In this document: positions 1-9,120 of the stretch, one piece after another
Position numbering within the stretch: position 1 is the first letter of the stretch
How the letters are laid out: every line of letters begins with the position of its first letter
Source of the DNA: Candidatus Heimdallarchaeota archaeon
GTDB taxonomy: Archaea; Asgardarchaeota; Heimdallarchaeia; Heimdallarchaeales; Heimdallarchaeaceae
Length of the DNA stretch: 64,000 bases
Direction: 5' to 3'
Assembly (NCBI GenBank): GCA_018238545.1
Contig: JABCTC010000011.1
Span: forward strand, 28,340-92,339
Program-made: the position numbers and the translations under genes
Notes under the pieces: model-generated
Seen by the model: the letters and a program-made list of their open reading frames with translations, nothing else
What the model was told of the DNA's origin: nothing
Databases searched by the model: none

Positions 1-14
1 TACTTTTACTATCT

Positions 15-707
15 ATGAGCGTATTTCATATTGTAGGAAATGAATTGATTCCAATCACGGAGCCTTATCAGTTTCTTAATGGTGATGTCTATATTATTGA
101 AACAAAAAACAATCTGTGGATATGGTTAGGTTCTAAATCTTTTGCTGATGAAAAATTTATTGGTTCTTGGGGAGCAAAGAAAATCGAAAGTCAAAATAAG
201 GAGCTGAAAATTGAAACCATCAATCAAGGTTTCGAGCCTGCAGAGTTTAAGGAACAGATTGCCTTTGAAATTGTTGAAGGAGATACCTTAGGTTTTCTCA
301 AATCAATTGACACAAAATATGAGAAAGATTTCAGATTGCTTCAGATTAAGGAGGATGATGAAGGAGCAGTGATAGTTTCAGAACTACCTATTGAACACAA
401 ACACTTTCAATCCGATGATGCTTTTGTTCTAGATGCTTACAGCGTTCTTTATGTCTGGATTGGTAAAGATAGTCAGGTTAAAGAGAAATATGAAGCTGGA
501 AGAATCACTAGACTGTTAGAAGTAGAGAGAAAAAGATTTCCAATTATTTATGTAATCGAAGAAGAGAACGAACCTGATGGTTTTCGTGAGCTTCTCTACA
601 AATTGGGATTAAGGGATGGAATTATGGAATTAAGAAGGACAGTGAAAAGAGTAGACGAGAAAAAAGGTTCTACATCCAAAAAATGGTGGCAGTTCTGGAA
701 AAGATGA
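15..707 (+). CDS. Two-domain gelsolin/villin-like protein (Asgard 2DGel type) with C-terminal KKWWQFWKR tail
   Basis: Two gelsolin repeats: FLNGDVYII..LWIWLGSKS..EK..QGFEPAEF and FQSDDAFVLD..LYVWIGKDS..EK..EEENEPDGF. Confidence 0.85.
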   Translation: MSVFHIVGNELIPITEPYQFLNGDVYIIETKNNLWIWLGSKSFADEKFIGSWGAKKIESQNKELKIETINQGFEPAEFKEQIAFEIVEGDTLGFLKSIDTKYEKDFRLLQIKEDDEGAVIVSELPIEHKHFQSDDAFVLDAYSVLYVWIGKDSQVKEKYEAGRITRLLEVERKRFPIIYVIEEENEPDGFRELLYKLGLRDGIMELRRTVKRVDEKKGSTSKKWWQFWKR

Positions 708-828
708 TTCTTTTCCTCCTTCTCAAAACCAAATGCTTCCTAAATAAGAATAAAACGCAATTTCGTAAAGCTATTTAAACCGAAATATTTTCTCTGTTTT
801 TATATGGAAAAGTCATTTTACTTATGAA

Positions 829-1029
829 ATGATGAGCGAACTTTTTACTGAACAACATGAAATTGCAGAGTGTAGTGTAGATGGAGAAAAATGGTTTGAC
901 ATCTCAGAAACAGCAGCTCTGTTCTCCATAAATGATCATTATCTTTTGAAAGAATTGGATGCGGTTTTAAATCATTATAATAAAGGACACATTGTTCCTG
1001 TCGAATACATTCTATATCGAAAAAAATAG
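829..1029 (+). CDS. Small hypothetical protein (start uncertain; frame stays open upstream)
   Basis: Protein-like composition; fills the gap between gelsolin and the convergent GNAT gene. Confidence 0.45.
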   Translation: MMSELFTEQHEIAECSVDGEKWFDISETAALFSINDHYLLKELDAVLNHYNKGHIVPVEYILYRKK

Positions 1030-1041
1030 CTAGAATTCTTT

Positions 1042-1566
1042 TCAGAAAATCTTTGAGACGTCCTCCCACACATAGCCTACTTCTTCGTATACAATGCCCC
1101 ATTTCTCAACTCTTTGAGTTTCTTTTGGCATCCCACCTAATTTTTCATAAAAAAGGCTGTTGGTGTTTCCTTTCAGAATCCAGACTATCATTGATTTAAA
1201 ACGCTTATCAACAAAGAAATCTACTATTTGTTCAGTTAATCTACTTCCCAATTTCTTTCTCTGATATTCCTTCAAGATATAGATTATGCTCAAATTGCAA
1301 TCATAACGAAAGATTCTATCGTCATTTTTTCTTCCTGCTGCGATGCCTACAATTTCCTTGTCATCATTTTCTGCAACAAGAGCTAAGCTTGTATAGGTTT
1401 TTGAGATACTATCAAGGTTTCTAGCCCACCTTGTGGTTTCTTCTTCAACTGAAAGATTATCCAGAACTTCATCTGGAAATAATCCCTCATAGGTCGTCTT
1501 CCACGAATTCACTTTTACTTTGGCTATTCCAGCTGCATCAGCTGTTGTCGCTTCTCTAATCAACAT
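1042..1566 (-). CDS. GNAT family N-acetyltransferase
   Basis: MLIREAT..DA N-terminus; IYILKEYQRKKLGSRL acetyl-CoA motif A; N..FYEKLGG. Confidence 0.9.
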   Translation of the reverse strand: MLIREATTADAAGIAKVKVNSWKTTYEGLFPDEVLDNLSVEEETTRWARNLDSISKTYTSLALVAENDDKEIVGIAAGRKNDDRIFRYDCNLSIIYILKEYQRKKLGSRLTEQIVDFFVDKRFKSMIVWILKGNTNSLFYEKLGGMPKETQRVEKWGIVYEEVGYVWEDVSKIF

Positions 1567-1610
1567 TGTTTACTTTAAGTATTATAATAATAAAAAGATG
1601 ATGCATGATT

Positions 1611-2249
1611 TTATTCATCATTAAATTGATATCCACTTTTCTTCCAGGTTTTGTACATAGTAGGGTTTTTCTTCAGAAATTCATCCCTTTCTTTCTTTGG
1701 CACTCGATTTAAAATACATGAGAAGTTCACGCAATCCTTGCAAACATACAGTTGAATAAAAATATACCATAGTGTTATACCGAATATTGTTATGCCTAGA
1801 AAAATCCACAATTGCCCTATTGTCAGAAATACCATTGGAATCAAGAAGATAAGATTTGCACCCACAAGAAACTGTGCATTCTCGAATTTACTCATAGGAC
1901 CTGGTTTAAATTTAGATGTTTTCAAAAATCCATAATTGATTGAGCAATGCAATGTTTTGCTCTTACCTTCAGCATAATACGGACAATGAGAACACAGTAT
2001 TTGAGGTTCCCATACAAGGAAGAAAAACATGATATAACCCACCCAAGAGAGTATAGATATGAGATTCAAAGGAAATCCTAAAAGTATCAAACCTACAAAT
2101 GCAGGTATAAATGCAATTGAAAAAGGTATACCAAATATTATCTAATATTTAATATTCATATGGCAATGTAATCTACCTTTCAATCCACAATCAGAACAAT
2201 TTTCTTTACTCTCCCAAATGCAAATGTCGTGAGGATTTTTGATTGTCAC
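1611..2249 (-). pseudogene. Cys-rich multi-pass membrane protein interrupted by one in-frame TAG at 2142-2144
   Basis: The track ORF 1611-2090 extends in frame to GTG at 2249: VTIKNPHDICIWESKENCSDCGLKGRLHCHMNIKY*IIFGIPFSIAFIPAFVG-LILLG. Confidence 0.7.
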
Positions 2250-2341
2250 GATAATGAAATACTGTCTGAATTTTTAAGTATTTGTTAAAATTATTTAGAA
2301 ACATATTTATTAGCTGATAGGGGTATATTACATGTTTACAG

Positions 2342-3376
2342 ATGAATAGATATTATCTAAAACGCCTTCTCTCAGCAGTTTTTATAATTGCTATCATCGT
2401 AGGGGGAGTTTTTATTTCGTATGATATTGTTGGAAATACTTTTAGGTTTTATTATTTCCTTTTCTATGTTGTAGGATGCATTATAATTATCCCCACTCTT
2501 TTGAGAATTTATTGGTACATTAAGTTAAAGAGAGAAACTCGTAAACCTTCTAAATTAACTGAAGTCTATATCGATCATGCTAAGGAACTAGTTACAGATA
2601 AGGAAAAGATACTTACAAAAATCGTATCCACTATTAGAGAACTTGGTGGAGAGATTATAGAAAAATATCTTGATCAAGTTCCTAGAGTAATTTTTTATTT
2701 CCCAAATGAACATAAATACAATTTTTTTCATAGAACAACAGTAAAGGTTCTTTCAGTTAATGAACTAGTTATAGATACGATGATGAAAGCAGATTATCCT
2801 TTGGCTTTCAGTATTAAGCGGAAAAGAGGAATGAAGAGTGATACTGGTGATGATGTTGATTTACCTAGTTCCAGTGAATTCTACATCTTTCATTCAAATC
2901 ATCACTCATTCTATGAGACTCTACTTGAAAAAGAAGAAATTAACAAAATGCTAATCGACATGAAAGAAGATTTGAAGCAATTTACACTGAATCGTAAATT
3001 TGCAGAAGCACGTATCAGAAACAGTGAAAAGGTATCAACATACCTTGAACTTCTTGCTAAGTTGTATGAAGAGCTTCTACTAAAGGACTTCGATGATTTG
3101 GAAGTTGAAGAGATTCTTTGTTATCAGTGTGATAGTGTTTTTGAAGCTAATGAGGAGACTTGTAATCAATGTGATGCTCATAGACCAACATGTAAAGTCT
3201 GTTTACTTGACTTAAAACCTTCGGAAAAGAATATTGTTGTTAAAACACCTTGTTGTGAAACATACGCACATAAAAAACATCTCATAACATGGTTGGAGCT
3301 GAACAGTAAGTGTCCTAATTGTAAAACTGACTTATTCTTATGGTTAAGAGGTTTAAAGCAAAATAATCAAGGATAG
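2342..3376 (+). CDS. Membrane-anchored protein with C-terminal zinc ribbon and RING finger (putative E3 ubiquitin ligase)
   Basis: Two N-terminal TM helices; CYQC..CNQC; CKVC..PCC....HKKHLITWL....KCPNC RING pattern with conserved Trp. Confidence 0.8.
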   Translation: MNRYYLKRLLSAVFIIAIIVGGVFISYDIVGNTFRFYYFLFYVVGCIIIIPTLLRIYWYIKLKRETRKPSKLTEVYIDHAKELVTDKEKILTKIVSTIRELGGEIIEKYLDQVPRVIFYFPNEHKYNFFHRTTVKVLSVNELVIDTMMKADYPLAFSIKRKRGMKSDTGDDVDLPSSSEFYIFHSNHHSFYETLLEKEEINKMLIDMKEDLKQFTLNRKFAEARIRNSEKVSTYLELLAKLYEELLLKDFDDLEVEEILCYQCDSVFEANEETCNQCDAHRPTCKVCLLDLKPSEKNIVVKTPCCETYAHKKHLITWLELNSKCPNCKTDLFLWLRGLKQNNQG

Positions 3377-3429
3377 CAGAATTTTCGATTACTTTCTACA
3401 TCCATAAAAGAAAAAGAGGAAATAAGATT

Positions 3430-4446
3430 TTAATTAGCAGCTTTCTTACTGGTAGATTTCTTCTTATCACCATACTTGATTTTTTCGTAATTAGCTTCTA
3501 ATATACGAGTGAACTCTTCTGCTAAGTGGAGTAAAACCTTAGGGTCAAGAACTGTTAGACTTATCAAGTATCTTCTATTCAGCCTATCTCGTTCATATAT
3601 CATCCAATCTACTTCATCATCGATATAGTCCTTGAAATCTTCACCAGTTTCCATAATTGCTGCTACAGCATGAGAGTGACGATCATCTGAGTGAGTAGCC
3701 CACTTCACAGGATATACGTAATGAGTTTCTTTGACTTTTTTTCCATACAGAAACAAATGAGATATCCCATCTTTCTCTGTTTCAAAGCGCTCTACTTTAA
3801 TATTAAGAACTTCCTCTTCACGTAGTTTGTCTGTAGGTATAACTGCTGTTGTTTTGTTAGGTTGAAGGATCGTTACAAAACTTGTAGAGATACCTGTTAC
3901 AACACCTTCAATATTCATATCATTAATAATCAGATAATCACCAACATTGTGGTGTTTACTTAGTACAAGATGTAATCCCGAGAATATTTGCCCTAAGGAC
4001 CTTGATGCAGCTAAGCCAAAAGCAGCACCCACTGTTGCCGCAACTCCTATGACTGCACCTACGAAATTTTCAAATTTGGTCATATAAGCGATACCGAAAA
4101 ATAGAATTACTACAAATCTGATTAAAACGCGTATTGTATTCTCTATATCATCAGTTATTCTTTCTTTGAAAGTTCTAAGAATTATTTCAACAATCCAGAC
4201 GATAAGGAAAGCGATTAAAGTATAAATGAAGAATGAATCAACAAATTGAATCAACATTTCTTGGTAATTCAATGATTCTTCAACTCCAGCATCGTAAAAA
4301 TTGTCATCATACCATTTTTGTATAAAATTAGTTTCTGTAAAACGACTAATGAAGTAAAATGTGACTATTACAATGAAAATAACTATTAGCAATATATATA
4401 AAATGTGTTTTTTCTTAAATTTTGATTTAGTTTTATTTGTATTCAT
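3430..4446 (-). CDS. Small-conductance mechanosensitive channel (MscS family)
   Basis: TM helices, then GLAASRSLGQIFSGL...VGDYLII....GVVTGI....T.I......VIP. Confidence 0.8.
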   Translation of the reverse strand: MNTNKTKSKFKKKHILYILLIVIFIVIVTFYFISRFTETNFIQKWYDDNFYDAGVEESLNYQEMLIQFVDSFFIYTLIAFLIVWIVEIILRTFKERITDDIENTIRVLIRFVVILFFGIAYMTKFENFVGAVIGVAATVGAAFGLAASRSLGQIFSGLHLVLSKHHNVGDYLIINDMNIEGVVTGISTSFVTILQPNKTTAVIPTDKLREEEVLNIKVERFETEKDGISHLFLYGKKVKETHYVYPVKWATHSDDRHSHAVAAIMETGEDFKDYIDDEVDWMIYERDRLNRRYLISLTVLDPKVLLHLAEEFTRILEANYEKIKYGDKKKSTSKKAAN

Positions 4447-4524
4447 AATACCACAATATGCTTTTTGAGTTATATAAGAGAGGTTAAAAATAAAACTATC
4501 GCTTGGGAGTTGGTAAGAAGAGTG

Positions 4525-5424
4525 TTAATTTCTCTTCTCAAACCATGGGATAAATGAGGATACTCTTGATTTATAGTCATTATATCCCGGATATTTCTTC
4601 TTCAGTCTGTTCTCCATCAACGGGATACTTATTGCCAAGAATAATATTGTCATGCATATAGGTCCTATTACCACCCATAGAGTAGATACACCATTTGCTA
4701 TTGCAAAGAAAAACATACCCCACCAGAAACTAACTTCTCCAAAGTAGTTGGGGTGTCTTGTAACTGACCAAACTCCTTTTGTCATAAATTCATCTTTTTG
4801 CTTTGTCTTGACGAAGTTTCTGAGTTGTTCATCAGCTACTGTTTCTAATATTGTTGCGCCCAAAGCTACTATTATCCCAATTATATCAAAAACTGTAAAA
4901 GTTGCGCTTGTTGAAATTATGCTATAATAAATAGGAATACAACCCAAGAATACTATCAATGTAGGCATCATTTGTAATCCTGTGAAATTTATGAACCAGA
5001 ACAAACTAGGTTTCTCTTCTCTAAATTTAGCATATCGCCAATCTTCATGATTTAAACCTTTCCAACCTCTAACCCAGTTAAAAGTTAACCTTCCACCCCA
5101 AATGATTACAAGTGCTAATATCACTATCTGTCTGATTGTTATTGTTGGGAAATTATCAGCTGTTATTAACCAATACAATATGATGGGTATTGGAATAAAA
5201 CTCCAGTAGGGATCGTAAAGGCTAGTATTCTTAAAGAAGACACTAATGCTGAATATTATCATGGTTGCTATTACATCAACAATAAAAGCTGTCAGAATTG
5301 GATGGAGCAGAGGATGTAATACAATTCCGATACCTATAGCAGCTCCAATTGCTAAAGTATAGGATATAAAGCATAATAATAGAGATATTAACTTGTTATC
5401 CTTGTAAGTTTTATTTTCACTCAA
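4525..5424 (-). CDS. DUF1295 / steroid 5-alpha-reductase-like membrane protein
   Basis: D.YWS, WGGRL, EDWRY, ETVADEQL, GVWSVTRHPNYFGE motifs. Confidence 0.9.
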   Translation of the reverse strand: MSENKTYKDNKLISLLLCFISYTLAIGAAIGIGIVLHPLLHPILTAFIVDVIATMIIFSISVFFKNTSLYDPYWSFIPIPIILYWLITADNFPTITIRQIVILALVIIWGGRLTFNWVRGWKGLNHEDWRYAKFREEKPSLFWFINFTGLQMMPTLIVFLGCIPIYYSIISTSATFTVFDIIGIIVALGATILETVADEQLRNFVKTKQKDEFMTKGVWSVTRHPNYFGEVSFWWGMFFFAIANGVSTLWVVIGPICMTILFLAISIPLMENRLKKKYPGYNDYKSRVSSFIPWFEKRN

Positions 5425-5711
5425 AGTAAATTCACCATTTATTTAGGACTTTGGAATTTCAAGGTTTTACATAAACCTTACCTCATACAATTCAAAATAG
5501 TTGACTAGAAATGCACGTTAAAAAGAAAGAACCATCTATAGATTAATGCACGTATACAGCTGATATGGTAGAGAAACTACAAGATATCTATAAAGGGATT
5601 GAAGAAAAGTAGAACTTTGTTTATCTAATCAACATTTTACAGCAATTCTTAATACCTATTGGAGCATGATATTAACTGAAGCTGTTTAGAACAAGATTTC
5701 CAGGTGTCAGA

Positions 5712-5858
5712 ATGAAATGCCAGAAATGTGGTAAGTTTTTAGTCAAAATAGGAGAAAATAAACAATACTGTAAAGTTTGTAATCTACTCTACTATTTTCT
5801 AGTACCTGGCATGTTCCCTAGGATTTTCAAAATGAGTGAAAATTCTGTGAAAAGTTAA
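5712..5858 (+). CDS. 48-aa zinc-ribbon microprotein (absent from ORF track)
   Basis: MKCQKCGKFLVKIGENKQYCKVCNLYYYFLVPGMFPRIFKMSENSVKS*; two CxxC pairs; AGGTG RBS at 5702-5706. Confidence 0.7.
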   Translation: MKCQKCGKFLVKIGENKQYCKVCNLLYYFLVPGMFPRIFKMSENSVKS

Positions 5859-5948
5859 ATTTAGCAAATAATAGCTTCAATTTTTTAGTGTTTATTCACT
5901 AAATGTAAGACGCTGTTTTTACTTTGGTTTAAATACAAATCTTACCAT

Positions 5949-6341
5949 ATGATAGCAGGAGAGAATTTATTGCCGGGAAAAATAACTCATGTAGTAATAG
6001 GTGAAATTATTGGTTTATCGTTGGTAGGATTAGCATATTACTTCTTTACTTCAGAGATTAATTACTTCACATTAGCACTGATTTTGGCTTCCTCACTTGT
6101 ATGTATATTTCTAGGAGCGATATTGCCAGATCTAATCGAGCGCCCAACTAATCCAGATCACAGAAAATTCTTTCATTCTTGGTTCATCTTTGCAGTAACT
6201 TTTATCGTATCTTTTGTTATGGCATTTGTTGTTATTCCGCTCTATGACCACCTTTTTTATGTATATCCCATTTTTGGTTTTTGTCTAGGATACTTCAGTC
6301 ACTTATTATTGGATTCTACAACAAAGAGAAGTTTGACATGA
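5949..6341 (+). CDS. Membrane-bound metal-dependent hydrolase (YdjM-like)
   Basis: TH...GAILPDLIE...HRKFFHS...SHLLLD motifs. Confidence 0.85.
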   Translation: MIAGENLLPGKITHVVIGEIIGLSLVGLAYYFFTSEINYFTLALILASSLVCIFLGAILPDLIERPTNPDHRKFFHSWFIFAVTFIVSFVMAFVVIPLYDHLFYVYPIFGFCLGYFSHLLLDSTTKRSLT

Positions 6342-6416
6342 TCAACACAAATCTGAAAATCGATTTTTTTGTGTGGTTTTAATAGTATATGGTTCACAAA
6401 TTATCAGTGATAATTC

Positions 6417-6704
6417 TTGGTTAAGATAATTCTACTTTTCGAATCAACTTGTTCTAAATGTGGAGCCAAAGCTAGATACTATTGTTCTAATTGTGGTAAA
6501 CCACTCTGTGGGCGATGCTTAAGTAGAGAGAAGAAAGAATTAGTTTCAAATATTATTATTCCAGCTGGTTTATGTAGTATGTGCGTAGAAGTAAGAATTG
6601 ATAATTATAAGAGAGGTGAGATGAATCCTCTTTCTGAAGCTGTCACTATTTACGTCACTGATCCTATTTTTAAAGAAAAAATCGTTAATAACTCAGATTT
6701 ATGA
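6417..6704 (+). CDS. Small Cys-rich zinc-finger protein
   Basis: CSKC..A.YYCSNCGKPLCGRC...CSMC. Confidence 0.7.
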   Translation: MVKIILLFESTCSKCGAKARYYCSNCGKPLCGRCLSREKKELVSNIIIPAGLCSMCVEVRIDNYKRGEMNPLSEAVTIYVTDPIFKEKIVNNSDL

Positions 6705-6748
6705 GTAAAGCATTTATTTGGGGAGATTAAGGTAGATTTGGTTTTCAT

Positions 6749-8125
6749 ATGACTGAATCTTCACTGAATAAAGAAATACAGAAGAAAATACTTACTGATC
6801 CACTGATGTGGAAGTTTCGGTTATATGGATTCTTTAAGAATCTGAGGTTTTTTGAACCGTATCTTATTGTGATGCTCCTCATATATTTAGGTGATTCTGA
6901 TTTTCCATTACTAACTATCGGAACTCTTTTCCTAGTTCAAGAGGTATTTACTTATCTTTTTGAGATCCCTTCAGGAATTCTTGCAGACAAGTTTGGAAGA
7001 AAGAATGAACTGTTATTATGTTTTCTTTTCTATGTCTCATCATTTGTGTTATACTTCATTGGTTTCAGTTTATCGTTTGATTTCTTCTTTGTCTTGTTTA
7101 TTGCAGCAGCTCTATACGGTTTGGGAGAATCGTTTCGCTCCGGAACTCATAAAGCCATGATCTTGACTTGGATGGACAAAAATAACTTTAGTGAACATAA
7201 AACGTTTGTTTATGGAAGAACTCGCTCATGGTCATTAATAGGTTCGACAGTTAATGGTATAACATCAATTTTCCTAGTTCTCTTTTTACCAAATGCACAA
7301 TGGGTGTTTTTAGTGGCCATTATTCCATATATTTGTGATTTTGTCCTTATTGCAACCTATCCAAAATACATGAATGAGCATAAACCAAGAAAGACAACTT
7401 TTTGGAAAGAGATGGGGAAAGGGTTTAAGGACATATTTGTAGCATTTAAAGATAGAAGATTAAGGAAAGGAGCATTTTCATCAGCTTCTTACGATGCAAT
7501 ATATAAGAGTCTTAAAGATTACATACAACCTATCATCAAAATCTATATTATAGTCATCTTAGCTAACTTCGGTCTAGCTAATAACTCTTCCATTTTAACA
7601 CCAGATAACTTAATAATAATCATTTTAGGAAGCATGTATTCACTTTTTTATCTACTTTCGTCTTTTTCTTCAAGATATGCATACATTGTTAGAAACTGGT
7701 TCAAGAGCGTAAAGAATTCTATGGACATCTTATTCTATTTATTTGCAGGTGTTCTTATTTTAAATGCGATTTTCATATCCGTTCGTTTACCTATTGTTGT
7801 GGTTTTTCTTTATCTTCTAATATACATCTTTCAAAACGTAAGAAGACCGTTTTGTGTTGATTATCTAGGAGGTATAATGAAAAAAGAGGAAAGAGCCACT
7901 GTTCTTAGTGCAGAATCCCAGATTAAATCGATATTAGTTTTTGTATTTGCACCGTTGTTTGGTTTTATTGCAGATTTTGCAGGTCCATTAGTTGGATTAG
8001 ATTCTTATTACTCCATTCCTATTTTATTTGTTCTAATTGCTATTGTAATGGTTGTAGTAAACCTTTTTCTACTAAGTGGAGATACTAAAATAATAGAGGA
8101 ACAAAAAGTAGGAAATAGCAAGTGA
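6749..8125 (+). CDS. MFS transporter
   Basis: About 12 TM helices; FEIPSGILADKFGRK motif A. Confidence 0.9.
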   Translation: MTESSLNKEIQKKILTDPLMWKFRLYGFFKNLRFFEPYLIVMLLIYLGDSDFPLLTIGTLFLVQEVFTYLFEIPSGILADKFGRKNELLLCFLFYVSSFVLYFIGFSLSFDFFFVLFIAAALYGLGESFRSGTHKAMILTWMDKNNFSEHKTFVYGRTRSWSLIGSTVNGITSIFLVLFLPNAQWVFLVAIIPYICDFVLIATYPKYMNEHKPRKTTFWKEMGKGFKDIFVAFKDRRLRKGAFSSASYDAIYKSLKDYIQPIIKIYIIVILANFGLANNSSILTPDNLIIIILGSMYSLFYLLSSFSSRYAYIVRNWFKSVKNSMDILFYLFAGVLILNAIFISVRLPIVVVFLYLLIYIFQNVRRPFCVDYLGGIMKKEERATVLSAESQIKSILVFVFAPLFGFIADFAGPLVGLDSYYSIPILFVLIAIVMVVVNLFLLSGDTKIIEEQKVGNSK

Positions 8126-8241
8126 ACAATTTTCTAAAATGTATGTCCTTATGACTCTAATCCAAATTTTGAAAGAAGTATATATTTAATAATAACTCTA
8201 CACAAGCTAAAGGTGAAGTCAAAACTGACCCAACATTTCAC

Positions 8242-8769
8242 ATGGTGAATAACTTGAATGAAACATTAATTGTTTATGGAACTAGATATGGCGCAACTCC
8301 AGAAGTATGTGCCGAAATCCAAAAAATATTAGAAAAAGAGTATAAAATAGTAGTAGAGATATGGAATCTTAAGGATTACAGAGCCTGTCCAGATTTGGAA
8401 GAGTTTGATAATATTATCTTAGCAAGCGGTATCGAACATGGGAAATGGACAGAAAATACAAGAAAATTCCTTACAAAAGATTTGAGAGACAAAAATGTTG
8501 CTGTTTTTATTTCTTCTAGTTTTGCGGGAGAAAAAGAGCTTTATGATTATGCTTACAAAAATTTCTTAGAAGATGTTCTTGCAGAATATCCTGAAGTGAA
8601 TATTGTGACCAAGGCAGCTTTTGGTGGTAGAGTTCCAAAGAAAGAATTACCAAATATCGCAAAAAATGCAATCGTTGCCCGATTGCCAGAATTTCAAGAA
8701 GACAATAGAAATTGGGATAAAATCACAGAATGGGCTCATGAAGTAGGAAAAATATTTGCTAATAAATAG
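8242..8769 (+). CDS. Flavodoxin-domain protein (HemG-like)
   Basis: LIVYGTRYGAT FMN-binding loop; FGG; D.RNWDKI..WA. Confidence 0.85.
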   Translation: MVNNLNETLIVYGTRYGATPEVCAEIQKILEKEYKIVVEIWNLKDYRACPDLEEFDNIILASGIEHGKWTENTRKFLTKDLRDKNVAVFISSSFAGEKELYDYAYKNFLEDVLAEYPEVNIVTKAAFGGRVPKKELPNIAKNAIVARLPEFQEDNRNWDKITEWAHEVGKIFANK

Positions 8770-8871
8770 ATTTTCTCGTAAAATCTTGATTTATTTAATA
8801 GATCTGTAACATGACCACTTTTCAAATAATCCCATAAAATATAACATACTTTTTGTACATTTTTTTGGGTG

Positions 8872-8879
8872 TTTAAATA
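8872..8879 (+). promoter_or_regulatory. Putative archaeal TATA box
   Basis: TTTAAATA about 23 nt upstream of the structured element beginning near 8902. Confidence 0.45.
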
Positions 8880-8901
8880 GGGTAGTGTAGTTTGTACGTT
8901 G

Positions 8902-9052
8902 AAGGATTGTAGCTATGCACCACTTTCTTGGTGATCCTTGGGGTTACATCCAACAAACAAACATCCAAAAGCGAACCGTAAGCAACTTTGTAAGATGTGG
9001 GCGGTGTAGGAGGGGATGTGACAGCCCCATGATGTGTCTTAGGCACTTCTAA
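8902..9052 (+). ncRNA. Candidate structured RNA of unknown family, overlapping a 45-aa Cys-rich ORF (8915-9052)
   Basis: GC-richer island; nested stems 8902-07/8934-39, 8918-22/8929-33, 8940-51/9014-28, 8961-65/8994-98, 9034-38/9042-46. Confidence 0.45.
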
Positions 9053-9120
9053 AGAGTTTGTACAAAATTCATGTCATATCTATCCTAGTTTTTAAAAAGT
9101 GATTGTGAAATATAATAATA

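Noticed and set aside
829-890. ATGATGA-N12-CTGA resembling a C/D box sRNA
   Set aside because: No convincing C' box or terminal D box; it lies within a plausible ORF.
1018-1029. Another CGA AAA AAA just before a stop codon
   Set aside because: The -1 frame runs antisense into the GNAT gene with no recognisable protein. It shows that A7 alone is not evidence of frameshifting here.
8902-9052. SRP RNA (TGTAG Alu-like motif) or RNase P RNA
   Set aside because: Too short; lacks the SRP helix 8 motif and the RNase P GAGGAAAGTCC signature.
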